DNA of 64,000 bases from the human T2T-CHM13v2.0 reference genome, Homo sapiens. Positions 45,181 through 64,000 of the stretch are shown in pieces. The position numbers and the translations under genes were made by a program. The stretch lies in the NCBI RefSeq assembly GCF_009914755.1, contig NC_060948.1. One strand, given 5' to 3'. The notes beneath the pieces were generated by a model. The model worked only from the letters and a program-made list of their open reading frames with translations, searched no databases and was not told where the DNA came from. Position 1 is the stretch's first letter, and each line of letters begins with the position of its first letter.

Positions 45181-47284
45181 AGATCCATATTTTTTAAATG
45201 AAAAAAAATTTCAAAGGTACTCTGCTTGGTACAATAATCAAATGTATAAACTGAGGAATAAAACATAACCATGAAACCTACTTATAACTGCATATGGAAA
45301 ATACAGAGGATAATTTTTTAAATAACATATTTTGAAAGCCTTAACTAGTAATTTGAAGAGTTGGCATTTGAAAGGCCAGTATGAATATACCTTCAAAGCA
45401 GCAACACAGGTTCCCCATGAGAAAAAGCAAACACAGGGAAAATAAAAACACAAAGGTTCAATCTCTTCTGACCTTTGAAAGACACAGCACAGACAGTGGT
45501 CCTTAGGACGAAGAGCAGGAGACCCCTAATTCCGTCACCATGGCGATAGGGCATAAACATTGCTGGGTGAGGGCACAATCCACATTGTGAGGTCCAACTG
45601 CTGCCAGGAAGACAGGAGTGCTTTTACATAGACCGAAAGGTCATTGAAGGCTCAGAGTTTTGTTTCAAGAACTGAATCCCAAGCCCACACGTTATTAGGC
45701 TGCGCTTCTTAAAACAAGTTATGAGATGGGAAAAAGGGCACCCACAAACATACGTATACATTATGTATATAATAATATACAGTATCATATATATAATATA
45801 TATAACCTATGTATAATATTGTTTTACATCCTGCATCTTATGTTATATATATTGTATAAAATATAATAATTGATAATATATAAGTTTTATAATTATACAA
45901 TATGACATATAGTATATATTATAATTTATGACATATATAATATATGTTATATGTCACATATAGAATATATTATACGGTTAATATACGTATTAAATATAAA
46001 TTATACATTATATATATTATATATAATATATCTGTTATATATAATACCCATTATGCATAATATATATATTATGTCTATGTTATATATAGTATAAAACAAC
46101 ATATAATAATATATAATTGTATATATAAAATGCGACATATAATATATATTATATTTTATAACATATGTAATATATATTATATATTATATATAATACGTTG
46201 TATGTATAATACCTATATTAAATATATATTATATGACTATGTTATTAATTACATGTCACATGTGTTATATATTATATATTTTACATAGAATATACCGGTT
46301 ACATACAATATATACTATGTTACCTATAATGTATAATTTATTACATGTAAATTAAAGAATGCAATATATTATGTAAAATTTATAATATACCATATGTGGA
46401 ATGTGATATATATAACATATAATATATGATATATGATGTACAGTATATGATATATAACATACAATATATGATTCCTAATATATATGGTATACAATATATA
46501 TTTTATGATATGTATTCTATATGTTTTATATTCTGTTATATATAACTATTTGAAATTATATATAACTGTATAATATTTTATGTAAATATGTAATATAATA
46601 TATATAACTATATAATATATTATATATAACTATATATTATGTTATATATACTTTTATAACATAATTTACATAAAATATCATAATATAATATATATTATAT
46701 TATTTCATATTACATAAAATATATTACATATCACCCAATATAACTAACATACATAATATTATAATATAGATTATATTATGTTATAATAAATATCATATAT
46801 ATCATATATCATATATTCTATAATATATATTACACATTATATAATATGTATGTTGTCTATTATGTGATATATATAACTATATATATAATTATATTTGTAT
46901 ACATATAACTAGATAAACATGTAATTCTACATATTTTCATTTATAATATGTAGAATTATATAATCATATATAATTATTTATATTCTAAAAAAATTTTATC
47001 ATTATATAAATTATTATATATAAAAACTATAATATGTACTACAAATATATATATTATATATCATATATGCTATAGTACCTTTGTTATATATCATAATACA
47101 TATAAATGTGTATTATGTTATCTATAATTATATAATTTCATATATAAGTTGTATAATATGTATCATATATTATATATGTTATGTAATATATATAGTATAT
47201 ATAAGATGACACAGGATAAATATTATATACTATGACATATAAAATATATGAGGTTATATGTTACATATAAGGCATAGCACATAA

Positions 47285-47599
<315 letters not shown>

Positions 47600-49725
47600 A
47601 GATCCGTATTTTTTAAATGAAAAAAAATTTCAAAGGTACTCTGCTTGGTACAATAATCAAATGTATAAACTGAGGAATAAAACATAACCATGAAACCTAC
47701 TTATAACTGCATATGGAAAATACAGAGGATAATTTTTTAAATAACATATTTTGAAAGCCTTAACTAGTAATTTGAAGAGCTGGCATTTGAAAGGCCAGTA
47801 TGAATATACCTTCAAAGCAGCAACACAGGTTCCCCATGAGAAAAAGCAAACACAGGGAAAATAAAAACACAAAGGTTCAATCTCTTCTGACCTTTGAAAG
47901 ACACAGCACAGACAGTGGTCCTTAGGACGAAGAGCAGGAGACCCCTAATTCCGTCACCATGGCGATAGGGCATAAACATTGCTGGGTGAGGGCACAATCC
48001 ACATTGTGAGGTCCAACTGCTGCCAGGAAGACAGGAGTGCTTTTACATAGACCGAAAGGTCATTGAAGGCTCAGAGTTTTGTTTCAAGAACTGAAACCCA
48101 AGCCCACACGTTATTAGGCTGCGCTTCTTAAAACAAGTTATGAGATGGGAAAAAGGGCACCCACAAACATACGTATACATTATGTATATAATAATATACA
48201 GTATCATATATATAATATATATAACCTATGTATAATATTGTTTTACATCCTGCATCTTATGTTATATATATTGTATAAAATATAATAGTTGAAAATATAT
48301 AAGTTTTATAATTATACAATATGACATATAGTATATATTATAATTTATGACATATATAATATATGTTATATGTCATATATAGAATATATTATACGGTTAA
48401 TATACGTATTAAATATAAATTATACATTATATATATTATATATAATATATCTGTTATATATAATACCCATTATGCATAATATATATATTATGTCTATGTT
48501 ATATATAGTATAAAACAACATATAATAATATATAATTGTATATATAAAATGCGACATATAATATATATTATATTTTATAACATATGTAATATATATTATA
48601 TATTATATAATACGTTGTATGTATAATACCTATATTAAATATATATTATATGACTATGTTATTAATTACATGTCACATGTGTTATATATTATATATTTTA
48701 CATAGAATATACCGGTTACATACAATATATACTATGTTACCTATAATGTATAATTTATTACATGTAAAATAAAGAATGCAATATATTATGTATAATTTAT
48801 AATATACCATATGTGGAATGTGATATATATAACATATAATATATGATATATGATATACAATATATGATATATAACATACAATATATGATTCCTAATATAT
48901 ATGGTATACAATATATATTTTATGATATGTATTCTATATGTTTTATATTCTGTTATATATAACTATTTGAAATTATATATAACTGTATAATATTTTATGT
49001 AAATATGTAATATAATATATATAACTATATAATATATTATATATAACTATATATTATGTTATATATACTTTTATAACATAATTTACATAAAATATCATAA
49101 TATAATATATATTATATTATTTCATATTACATAATATATATTACATATCACCCAATAAAACTAACATACATAATATTATAATATAGATTATATTGTGTTA
49201 TATTAAATATCATATATATCATGTATCATATATCCTATAATATATATTACACATTATATAATATGTATGTTGTCTATTATGTGATATATATAACTATATA
49301 TATAATTATATTTTTATACATATAACTAGATAAACATGTAATTCTACATATTTTCATTTATAATATGTAGAATTATATAATCATATATAATTATTTATAT
49401 TCTATAAAAAATTTTATCATTATATAAATTATAATATATAAAAATTATAATATGTACTACAAATATATATATTATATATCATATATGATATAGTACCTTT
49501 GTTATATTTCATAATACATATAAATGTGTATTATGTTATCTATAATTATATAATTTCATATATAAGATGTATAATGTGTATCATATATTATATATGTTAT
49601 GTAATATATATAGTATATATAAGATGACACAGGATAAATATTATATACTATGACATATAAAATATATGAGGTTATATGTTACATATAAGGCATAGCACAG
49701 AACATTTAATATATATCATATATAA

Positions 49726-50017
<292 letters not shown>

Positions 50018-52120
50018 AGATCCATATTTTTTAAATGAAAAAAAATTTCAAAGGTACTCTGCTTGGTACAATAATCAAATGTATAAACTGAGGAATAAAA
50101 CATAACCATGAAACCTACTTATAACTGCATATGGAAAATACAGAGGATAATTTTTTAAATAACATATTTTGAAAGCCTTAACTAGTAATTTGAAGAGTTG
50201 GCATTTGAAAGGCCAGTATGAATATACCTTCAAAGCAGCAACACAGGTTCCCCATGAGAAAAAGCAAACACAGGGAAAATAAAAACACAAAGGTTCAATC
50301 TCTTCTGACCTTTGAAAGACACAGCACAGACAGTGGTCCTTAGGACGAAGAGCAGGAGACCCCTAATTCCGTCACCATGGCGATAGGGCATAAACATTGC
50401 TGGGTGAGGGCACAATCCACATTGTGAGGTCCAACTGCTGCCAGGAAGACAGGAGTGCTTTTACATAGACCGAAAGGTCATTGAAGGCTCAGAGTTTTGT
50501 TTCAAGAACTGAATCCCAAGCCCACACGTTATTAGGCTGCGCTTCTTAAAACAAGTTATGAGATGGGAAAAAGGGCACCCACAAACATACGTATACATTA
50601 TGTATATAATAATATACAGTATCATATATATAATATATATAACCTATGTATAATATTGTTTTACATCCTGCATCTTATGTTATATATATTGTATAAAATA
50701 TAATAATTGATAATATATAAGTTTTATAATTATACAATATGACATATAGTATATATTATAATTTATGACATATATAATATATGTTATATGTCATATATAG
50801 AATATATTATACGGTTAATATACGTATTAAATATAAATTATACATTATATATATTATATATAATATATCTGTTATATATAATACCCATTATGCATAATAT
50901 ATATATTATGTCTATGTTATATATAGTATAAAACAACATATAATAATATATAATTGTATATATAAAATGCGACATATAATATATATTATATTTTATAACA
51001 TATGTAATATATATTATATATTATATATAATACGTTGTATGTATAATACCTATATTAAATATATATTATATGACTATGTTATTAATTACATGTCACATGT
51101 GTTATATATTATATATTTTACATAGAATATACCGGTTACATACAATATATACTATGTTACCTATAATGTATAATTTATTACATGTAAAATAAAGAATGCA
51201 ATATATTATGTAAAATTTATAATATACCATATGTGGAATGTGATATATATAACATATAATATATGATATATGATATACAGTATATGATATATAACATACA
51301 ATATATGATTCCTAATATATATGGTATACAATATATATTTTATGATATGTATTCTATATGTTTTATATTCTGTTATATATAACTATTTGAAATTATATAT
51401 AACTGTATAATATTTTATGTAAATATGTAATATAATATATATAACTATATAATATATTATATATAACTATATATTATGTTATATATACTTTTATAACATA
51501 ATTTACATAAAATATCATAATATAATATATATTATATTATTTCATATTACATAATATATATTACATATCACCCAATATAACTAACATACATAATATTATA
51601 ATATAGATTATATTATGTTATATTAAATATCATATATATCATGTATCATATATTCTATAATATATATTACACATTATATAATATGTATGTTGTCTATTAT
51701 GTGATATATATAACTATATATAATTATATTTTTATACATATAACTAGATAAACATGTAATTCTACATATTTTCGTTTATAATATGTAGAATTATATAATC
51801 ATATATAATTATTTATATTCTATAAAAAATTTTATCATTATATAAATTATAATATATAAAAATTATAATATGTACTACAAATATATATATTATATATCAT
51901 ATATGCTATAGTACCTTTGTTATATATCATAATACATATAAATGTGTATTATGTTATCTATAATTATATAATTTCATATATAAGATGTATAATGTGTATC
52001 ATATATTATATATGTTATGTAATATATATAGTATATATAAGATGACACAGGATAAATATTATATACTATGACATATAAAATATATGAGGTTATATGTTAC
52101 ATATAAGGCATAGCACATAA

Positions 52121-52435
<315 letters not shown>

Positions 52436-54561
52436 AGATCCATATTTTTTAAATGAAAAAAAATTTCAAAGGTACTCTGCTTGGTACAATAATCAAATGT
52501 ATAAACTGAGGAATAAAACATAACCATGAAACCTACTTATAACTGCATATGGAAAATACAGAGGATAATTTTTTAAATAACATATTTTGAAAGCCTTAAC
52601 TAGTATTTTGAAGAGTTGGCATTTGAAAGGCCAGTATGAATATACCTTCAAAGCAGCAACACAGGTTCCCCATGAGAAAAAGCAAACACAGGGAAAATAA
52701 AAACACAAAGGTTCAATCTCTTCTGACCTTTGAAAGACACAGCACAGACAGTGGTCCTTAGGACGAAGAGCAGGAGACCCCTAATTCCGTCACCATGGCG
52801 ATAGGGCATAAACATTGCTGGGTGAGGGCACAATCCATATTGTGAGGTCCAACTGCTGCCAGGAAGACAGGAGTGCTTTTACATAGACCGAAAGGTCATT
52901 GAAGGCTCAGAGTTTTGTTTCAAGAACTGAATCCCAAGCCCACACGTTATTAGGCTGCGCTTCTTAAAACAAGTTATGAGATGGGAAAAAGGGCACCCAC
53001 AAACATACGTATACATTATGTATATAATAATATACAGTATCATATATATAATATATATAACCTATGTATAATATTGTTTTACATCCTGCATCTTATGTTA
53101 TATATATTGTATAAAATATAATAGTTGATAATATATAAGTTTTATAATTATACAATATGACATATAGTATATATTATAATTTATGACATATATAATATAT
53201 GTTATATGTCATATATAGAATATATTATACGGTTAATATACGTATTAAATATAAATTATACATTATATATATTATATATAATATATCTGTTATATATAAT
53301 ACCCATTATGCATAATATATATATTATGTCTATGTTATATATAGTATAAAACAACATATAATAATATATAATTGTATATATAAAATGCGACATATAATAT
53401 ATATTATATTTTATAACATATGTAATATATATTATATATTATATATAATACGTTGTATGTATAATACCTATATTAAATATATATTATATGACTATGTTAT
53501 TAATTACGTGTCACATGTGTTATATATTATATATTTTACATAGAATATACCGGTTACATACAATATATACTATGTTACCTATAATGTATAATTTATTACA
53601 TGTAAAATAAAGAATGCAATATATTATGTAAAATTTATAATATACCATAGGTGGAATGTGATATATATAACATATAATATATGATATATGATATACAGTA
53701 TATGATATATAACATACAATATATGATTCCTAATATATATGGTATACAATATATATTTTATGATATGTATTCTATATGTTTTATATTCTGTTATATATAA
53801 CTATTTGAAATTATATATAACTGTATAATATTTTATGTAAATATGTAATATAATATATATAACTATATAATATATTATATATAACTATATATTATGTTAT
53901 ATATACTTTTATAACATAATTTACATAAAATATCATAATATAATATATATTATATTATTTCATATTACATAATATATATTACATATCACCCAATATAACT
54001 AACATACATAATATTATAATATAGATTATATTATGTTATATTAAATATCATATATATCATGTATCATATATTCTATAATATATATTACACATTATATAAT
54101 ATGTATGTTGTCTATTATGTGATATATATAACTATATATAATTATATTTTTATACATATAACTAGATAAACATGTAATTCTACATATTTTCGTTTATAAT
54201 ATGTAGAATTATATAATCATATATAATTATTTATATTCTATAAAAAATTTTATCATTATATAAATTATAATATATAAAAATTATAATATGTACTACAAAT
54301 ATATATATTATATATCATATATGCTATAGTACCTTTGTTATATATCATAATACATATAAATGTGTATTATGTTATCTATAATTATATAATTTCATATATA
54401 AGTTGTATAATATGTATCATATATTATATATGTTATGTAATATATATAGTATATATAAGATGACACAGGATAAATATTATATACTATGAGATATAAAATA
54501 TATGAGGTTATATGTTACATATAAGGCATAGCACATAACATGTAATACATATCATATATAA

Positions 54562-54853
54562 TTTTTTTTTAGACAGAATCTTGTCCTGTTGCACAGTGTG
54601 GGGTACAATGGCGCCATCTTTGCTCACTGCAACTTCTGCCTCACGGGTCCAAGCGATTCTCCTCCCTCAGCCTCCCAGGTAGCTGGGACTACACCACACT
54701 GGGACTACACCAGCTGCCACCATGCCTAGCTAATTATTTGGATTTTTAGTAGTGACAGCGTTTCACTGTATTGGCCAGGATGGTCTTGATCTCTTCACCT
54801 TGTGATCCCCTTGCCTTGGCCTCCAAATTTGCTGGGATTACAGGCCTGAGCCA
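54562..54853 (-). mobile_element. Alu copy 23 (satellite-embedded)
   Basis: As copy 1 with a few substitutions including TAATTATTTG. Confidence 0.93.
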
Positions 54854-56981
54854 AGATCCATATTTTTTAAATGAAAAAAAATTTCAAAGGTACTCTGCTT
54901 GGTACAATAATCAAATGTATAAACTGAGGAATAAAACATAACCATGAAACCTACTTATAACTGCATATGGAAAATACAGAGGATAATTTTTTAAATAACA
55001 TATTTTGAAAGCCTTAACTAGTAATTTGAAGAGTTGGCATTTGAAAGGCCAGTATGAATATACCTTCAAAGCAGCAACACAGGTTCCCCATGAGAAAAAG
55101 CAAACACAGGGAAAATAAAAACACAAAGGTTCAATCTCTTGTGACCTTTGAAAGACACAGCACAGACAGTGGTCCTTAGGACGAAGAGCAGGAGACCCCT
55201 AATTCCGTCACCATGGCGATAGGGCATAAACATTGCTGGGTGAGGGCACAATCCACATTGTGAGGTCCAACTGCTGCCAGGAAGACAGGAGTGCTTTTAC
55301 ATAGACCGAAAGGTCATTGAAGGCTCAGAGTTTTGTTTCAAGAACTGAATCCCAAGCCCACACGTTATTAGGCTGCGCTTCTTTAAACAAGTTATGAGAT
55401 GGGAAAAAGGGCACCCACAAACATACGTATACATTATGTATATAATAATATACAGTATCATATATATAATATATATAACCTATGTATAATATTGTTTTAC
55501 ATCCTGCATCTTATGTTATATATATTGTATAAAATATAATAGTTGATAATATATAAGTTTTATAATTATACAATATGACATATAGTATATATTATAATTT
55601 ATGACATATATAATATATGTTATATGTCATATATAGAATATATTATACGGTTAATATACGTATTAAATATAAATTATACATTATATATATTATATATAAT
55701 ATATCTGTTATATATAATACCCATTATGCATAATATATATATTATATCTATGTTATATATAGTATAAAACAACATATAATAATATATAATTGTATATATA
55801 AAATGCGACATATAATATATATTATATTTTATAACATATGTAATATATATTATATATTATATATAATACGTTGTAAGTATAATACCTATATTAAATATAT
55901 ATTATATGACTATGTTATTAATTACGTGTCACATGTGTTATATATTATATATTTTACATAGAATATACCGGTTACATACAATATATACTATGTTACCTAT
56001 AATGTACAATTTATTACATGTAAAATAAAGAATGCAATACATTATGTATAATTTATAATATACCATATGTGGAATGTGATATATATAACATATAATATAT
56101 GATATATGATATACAGTATATGATATATAACATACAATATATGATTCCTAATATATATGGTATACAATATATATTTTATGATATGTATTCTATATGTTTT
56201 ATATTCTGTTATATATAACTATTTGAAATTATATATAACTGTATAATATTTTATGTAAATATGTAATATAATATATATAACTATATAATATATTATATAT
56301 AACTATATATTATGTTATATATACTTTTATAACATAATTTACATAAAATATCATAATATAATATATATTATATTATTTCATATTACATAATATATATTAC
56401 ATATCACCCAATATAACTAACATACATAATATTATAATATAGATTATATTGCGTTATATTAAATATCATATATATCATGTATCATATATTCTATAATATA
56501 TATTACACATTATATAATATGTATGTTGTCTATTATGTGATATATATAACTATATATATAATTATATTTTTATACATATAACTAGATAAACATGTAATTC
56601 TACATATTTTCATTTATAATATGTAGAATTATATAATCATATATAATTATTTATATTCTATAAAAAATTTTATCATTATATAAATTATAATATATAAAAA
56701 TTATAATATGTACTACAAATATATATATTATATATCATATATGCTATAGTACTATTGTTATATTTCATAATACATATAAATGTGTATTATGTTATCTATA
56801 ATTATATAATTTCATATATAAGGTGTATAATATGTATCATAAATTATATATGTTGTGTAATATATATAGTATATATAAGATGACACAGGATAAATATTAT
56901 ATACTATGACATATAAAATATATGAGGTTATATGTTACATATAAGGCATAGCACATAACATGTAATATATATCATATATAA

Positions 56982-57273
56982 TTTTTTTTTAGACAGAATC
57001 TTGTCCTGTTGCACAGGGTGGGGTACAATGGCGCCATCTTTGCTGACTGCAAATTCTGCCTCACGGGTCCAAGCGATTGTCCTCCCTCAGCCTCCCAGGT
57101 AGCTGGGACTACACCACACAGGGACTACACCAGCTGCCACCATGCCTAGCTAATTTTTTGGATTTTTAGTAGTGACAGCGTTTCACTGTATTGGCCAGGA
57201 TGGTCTTGATCTCTTCACCTTGTGATCCCCTTGCCTTGGCCTCCAAATTTGCTGGGATTACAGGCCTGAGCCA
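56982..57273 (-). mobile_element. Alu copy 24 (satellite-embedded)
   Basis: As copy 1 with a few private substitutions. Confidence 0.93.
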
Positions 57274-59378
57274 AGATCCATATTTTTTAAATGAAAAAAA
57301 ATTTCAAAGGTACTCTGCTTGGTACAATAATCAAATGTATAAACTGAGGAATAAAACATAACCATGAAACCTACTTATAACTGCATATGGAAAATACAGA
57401 GGATAATTTTTTAAATAACATATTTTGAAAGCCTTAACTAGTAATTTGAAGAGTTGGCATTTGAAAGGCCAGTATGAATATACCTTCAAAGCAGCAACAC
57501 AGGTTCCCCATGAGAAAAAGCAAACACAGGGAAAATAAAAACACAAAGGTTCAATCTCTTCTGACCTTTGAAAGACACAGCACAGACAGTGGTCCTTAGG
57601 ACGAAGAGCAGGAGACCCCTAATTCCGTCACCATGACGATAGGGCATAAACATTGCTGGGTGAGGGCACAATCCACATTGTGAGGTCCAACTGCTGCCAG
57701 GAAGACAGGAGTGCTTTTACATAGACCGAAAGGTCATTGAAGGCTCAGAGTTTTGTTTCAAGAACTGAATCCCAAGCCCACACGTTATTAGGCTGCGCTT
57801 CTTAAAACAAGTTATGAGATGGGAAAAAGGGCACCCACAAACATACGTATACATTATGTATATAATAATATACAGTATCATATATATAATATATATAACC
57901 TATGTATAATACTGTTTTACATCCTGCATCTTATGTTATATATATTGTATAAAATATAATAATTGATAATATATAAGTTTTATAATTATACAATATGACA
58001 TATAGTATATATTATAATTTATGACATATATAATATATGTTATATGTCATATATAGAATATATTATACGGTTAATATACGTATTAAATATAAATTATACA
58101 TTATATATATTATATACAATATATCTGTTATATATAATACCCATTATGCATAATATATATATTATGTCTATGTTATATATAGTATAAAACAACATATAAT
58201 AATATATAATTGTATATATAAAATGCGACATATAATATATATTATATTTTATAACATATGTAATATATATTATATATTATATATAACACGTTGTATGTAT
58301 AATACCTATATTAAATATATATTATATGACTATGTTATTAATTACATGTCACATGTGTTATATATTATATATTTTACATAGAATATACCGGTTACATACA
58401 ATATATACTATGTTACCTATAATGTATAATTTATTACATGTAAAATAAAGAATGCAATATATTATGTATAATTTATAATATACCATATGTGGAATGTGAT
58501 ATATATAACATATAATATATGATATATGATATACAGTATATGATATATAACATACAATATATGATTCCTAATATATATGGTATACAATATATATTTTATG
58601 ATATGTATTCTATATGTTTTATATTCTGTTATATATAACTATTTGAAATTATATATAACTGTATAATATTTTATGTAAATATGTAATATAATATATATAA
58701 CTATATAATATATTATATATAACTATATATTATGTTATATATACTTTTATAACATAATTTACATAAAATATCATAATATAATATATATTATATTATTTCA
58801 TATTACATAATATATATTACATATCACCCAATATAACTAACATACATAATATTATAATATAGATTATATTGTGTTATATTAAATATCATATATATCATGT
58901 ATCATATATTCTATAATATATATTACACATTATATAATATGTATGTTGTCTATTATGTGATATATATAACTATATATATAATTATATTTTTATACATATA
59001 ACTAGATAAACATGTAATTCTACATATTTTCATTTATAATATGTAGAATTATATAATCATATATAATTATTTATATTCTATAAAAAATTTTATCATTATA
59101 TAAATTATAATATATAAAAATTATAATATGTACTACAAATATATATATTATATATCATATATGATATAGTACCTTTGTTATATATCATAATACATATACA
59201 TGTGTATTATGTTATCTATAATTATATAATTTCATATATAAGATGTATAATATGTATCATATATTATATAAGTTATGTAATATATATAGTATATATAAGA
59301 TGACAAAGGATAAATATTATATACTATGACATATAAAATATATGAGGTTATATGTTACATATAAGGCATAGCACATAA

Positions 59379-59693
<315 letters not shown>

Positions 59694-61798
59694 AGATCCA
59701 TATTTTTTAAATGAAAAAAAATTTCAAAGGTACTCTGCTTGGTACAATAATCAAATGTATAAACTGAGGAATAAAACATAACCATGAAACCTACTTATAA
59801 CTGCATATGGAAAATACAGAAGATAATTTTTTAAATAACATATTTTGAAAGCCTTAACTAGTAATTTGAAGAGTTGGCATTTGAAAGGCCAGTATGAATA
59901 TACCTTCAAAGCAGCAACACAGGTTCCCCATGAGAAAAAGCAAACACAGGGAAAATTAAAACACAAAGGTTCAATCTCTTCTGACCTTTGAAAGACACAG
60001 CACAGACAGTGGTCCTTAGGAGGAAGAGCACGAGACCCCTAATTCCGTCACCATGGCGATAGGGCATAAACATTGCTGGGTGAGGGCACAATCCACATTG
60101 TGAGGTCCAACTGCTGCCAGGAAGACAGGAGTGCTTTTACATAGACCGAAAGGTCATTGAAGGCTCAGAGTTTTGTTTCAAGAACTGAATCCCAAGCCCA
60201 CACGTTATTAGGCTGCGCTTCTTAAAACAAGTTATGAGATGGGAAAAAGGGCACCCACAAACATACGTATACATTATGTATATAATAATATACAGTATCA
60301 TATATATAATATATATAACCTATGTATAATATTGTTTTACATCCTGCATCTTATGTTATATATATTGTATAAAATATAATAATTGATAATATATAAGTTT
60401 TATAATTATACAATAAGACATATAGTATATATTATAATTTGTGACATATATAATATATGTTATATGTCATATATAGAATATATTATACGGTTAATATACG
60501 TATTAAATATAAATTATACATTATATATATTATATATATTATATCTGTTATATATAATACCCATTATGCTTAATATATATATTATGTCTATGTTATATAT
60601 AGTATAAAACAACATATAATAATATATAATTGTATATATAAAATGCGACATATAATATATATTATATTTTATAACATATGTAATATATATTATATATTAT
60701 ATATAATACGTTGTATGTATAATACCTATATTAAATATATATTATATGACTATGTTATTAATTACATGTCACATGTGTTATATATTATATATTTTACATA
60801 GAATATACCGGTTACATACAATATATACTATGTTACCTATAATGTATAATTTTTTACATGTAAAATAAAGAATGCAATATATTATGTATAATTTATAATA
60901 TACCATATGTGGAATGTGATATATATAACATATAATATATGATATATGATATACAGTATATGATATATAACATACAATATATGATTCCTAATATATATGG
61001 TATACAATATATATTTTATGATATGTATTCTATATGTTTTATATTCTGTTATATATAACTATTTGAAATTATATATAACTGTATAATATTTTATGTAAAT
61101 ATGTAATATAATATATATAACTATATAATATATTATATATAACTATATATTATGTTATATATACTTTTATAACATAATTTACATAAAATATCATAATATA
61201 ATATATATTATATTATTTCATATTACATAATATATATTACATATCACCCAATATAAGTAACATACATAATATTATAATATAGATTATATTGTGTTATATT
61301 AAATATCATATATATCATGTATCATATATTCTATAATATATATTACACATTATATAATATGTATGTTGTCTATTATGTGATATACATAACTATATATATA
61401 ATTATATTTTTATACATATAACTAGATAAACATGTAATTCTACATATTTTCATTTATAATATGTAGAATTATATAATCATATATAATTATTTATATTCTA
61501 TAAAAAATTTTATCATTATATAAATTATAATATATAAAAATTATAATATGTACTACAAATATATATATTATATATCATATATGATATAGTACCTTTGTTA
61601 TATATCATAATACATATAAATGTGTATTATGTTATCTATAATTATATAATTTCATATAAAAGATGTATAATATGTATCATATATTATATATGTTATGAAA
61701 TATATATAGTATATATAAGATGACACAGGATAAATATTATATACTATGACATATAAAATATATGAGGTTACATGTTACATATAAGGCATAGCACATAA

Positions 61799-62113
<315 letters not shown>

Positions 62114-64000
62114 AGATCCATATTTTTTAAATGAAAAAAAATTTCAAAGGTACTCTGCTTGGTACAATAATCAAATGTATAAACTGAGGAATAAAACATA
62201 ACCATGAAACCTACTTATAACTGCATATGGAAAATACAGAGGATAATTTTTTAAATAACATATTTTGAAAGCCTTAACTAGTAATTTGAAGAGTTGGCAT
62301 TTGAAAGGCCAGTATGAATATACCTTCAAAGCAGCAACACAGGTTCCCCATGAGAAAAAGCAAACACAGGGAAAATAAAAACACAAAGGTTCAATCTCTT
62401 CTGACCTTTGAAAGACACAGCACAGACAGTGGTCCTTAGGACGAAGAGCAGGAGACCCCTAATTCCGTCACCATGGCGATAGGGCATAAACATTGCTGGG
62501 TGAGGGCACAATCCACATTGTGAGGTCCAACTGCTGCCAGGAAGACAGGAGTGCTTTTACATAGACCGAAAGGTCATTGAAGGCTCAGAGTTTTGTTTCA
62601 AGAACTGAATCCCAAGCCCACACGTTATTAGGCTGCGCTTCTTAAAACAAGTTATGAGATGGGAAAAAGGGCACCCACAAACATACGTATACATTATGTA
62701 TATAATAATATACAGTATCATATATATAATATATATAACCTATGTATAATATTGTTTTACATCCTGCATCTTATGTTATATATATTGTATAAAATATAAT
62801 AATTGATAATATATAAGTTTTATAATTATACAATATGACATATAGTATATATTATAATTTATGACATATATAATATATGTTATATATCATATATAGAATA
62901 TATTATACGGTTAATATACGTATTAAATATAAATTATACATTATATATATTATATATAATATATCTGTTATATATAATACCCATTATGCATAATATATAT
63001 ATTATGTCTATGTTATATATAGTATAAAACAACATATAATAATATATAATTGTATATATAAAATGCGACATATAATATATATTATATTTTATAACATATG
63101 TAATATATATTATATATAATACGTTGTATGTATAATACCTATATTAAATATATATTATATGACTATGTTATTAATTACATGTCACATGTGTTACATATTA
63201 TATATTTTACATAGAATATACCGGTTACATACAATATATACTATGTTACCTATAATGTATAATTTATTACATGTAAAATAAAGAATGCAATATATTATGT
63301 ATAATTTATAATATACAATATGTGGAATGTGACATATGTAACATATAATATATGATATATGATATACAGTATATGATATATAACATACAATATATGATTC
63401 CTAATATATACGGTATACAATATATATTTTATGATATGTATTCTATATGTTTTATATTCTGTTATATATAACTATTTGAAATTATATATAACTGTATAAT
63501 ATTTTATGTAAATATGTAATATAATATATATAACTATATAATATATTATATATAACTATATATTATGTTATATATACTTTTATAACATAATTTACATAAA
63601 ATATCATAATATAATATATATTATATTATTTCATATTACATAATATATATTACATATCACCCAATATAACTAACATACATAATATTATAATATAGATTAT
63701 ATTATGTTATATTAAATATCATATATATCATGTATCATATATTCTATAATATATATTACACATTATATAATATGTATGTTGTCTATTATGTGATATATAT
63801 AACTCAATATATAATTATATTTTTATACATATAACTAGATAAACATGTAATTCTACATATTTTCATTTATAATATGTAGAATTATATAATCATATATAAT
63901 TATTTATATTCTATAAAAAATTTTATCATTATATAAATTATAATATATAAAAATTATAATATGTACTACAAATATATATATATTATATATCATATATGAT

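Noticed and set aside
60383-60607. 74-aa plus-strand ORF
   Set aside because: Low-complexity I/Y translation of the AT-rich domain, opened by private substitutions that remove stops.

Overview
The whole 64 kb window is one head-to-tail tandem array of a ~2.42 kb primate satellite unit: 26 complete units plus ~1.1 kb, with periods of 2415-2422 bp read from the ORF-track offsets. Each unit has three parts: a ~1.55 kb degenerate AT-rich simple-sequence domain, a ~290 bp diverged and 5'-clipped Alu on the minus strand with an internal 16-bp duplication, and a ~570 bp moderate-GC segment. This architecture, plus HaeIII (GGCC) sites that predict a 2144-bp fragment, identifies human DYZ2/HSat1B (HSATI/Alu/AT-rich cassette). 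The most likely source is Yq12 heterochromatin, but an acrocentric short-arm HSat1B array cannot be excluded by eye. There are no credible protein-coding or RNA genes; all listed ORFs are repeat artefacts. I found no new gene system. The notable signal is internal to the array: a 3-monomer higher-order repeat of 7257 bp, a dimer duplication, chimeric monomers with mappable breakpoints, distinct variant blocks, clustered substitutions and an apparent excess of CpG-creating variants. Units are numbered in phase with window position 1 (starts 1, 2419, 4837, 7256, 9676, 12094, 14513, 16933, 19351, 21770, 24190, 26604, 29024, 31444, 33864, 36284, 38702, 41122, 43542, 45958, 48377, 50795, 53213, 55631, 58051, 60471, 62891). 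All variant calls were made by eye and are not exhaustive.
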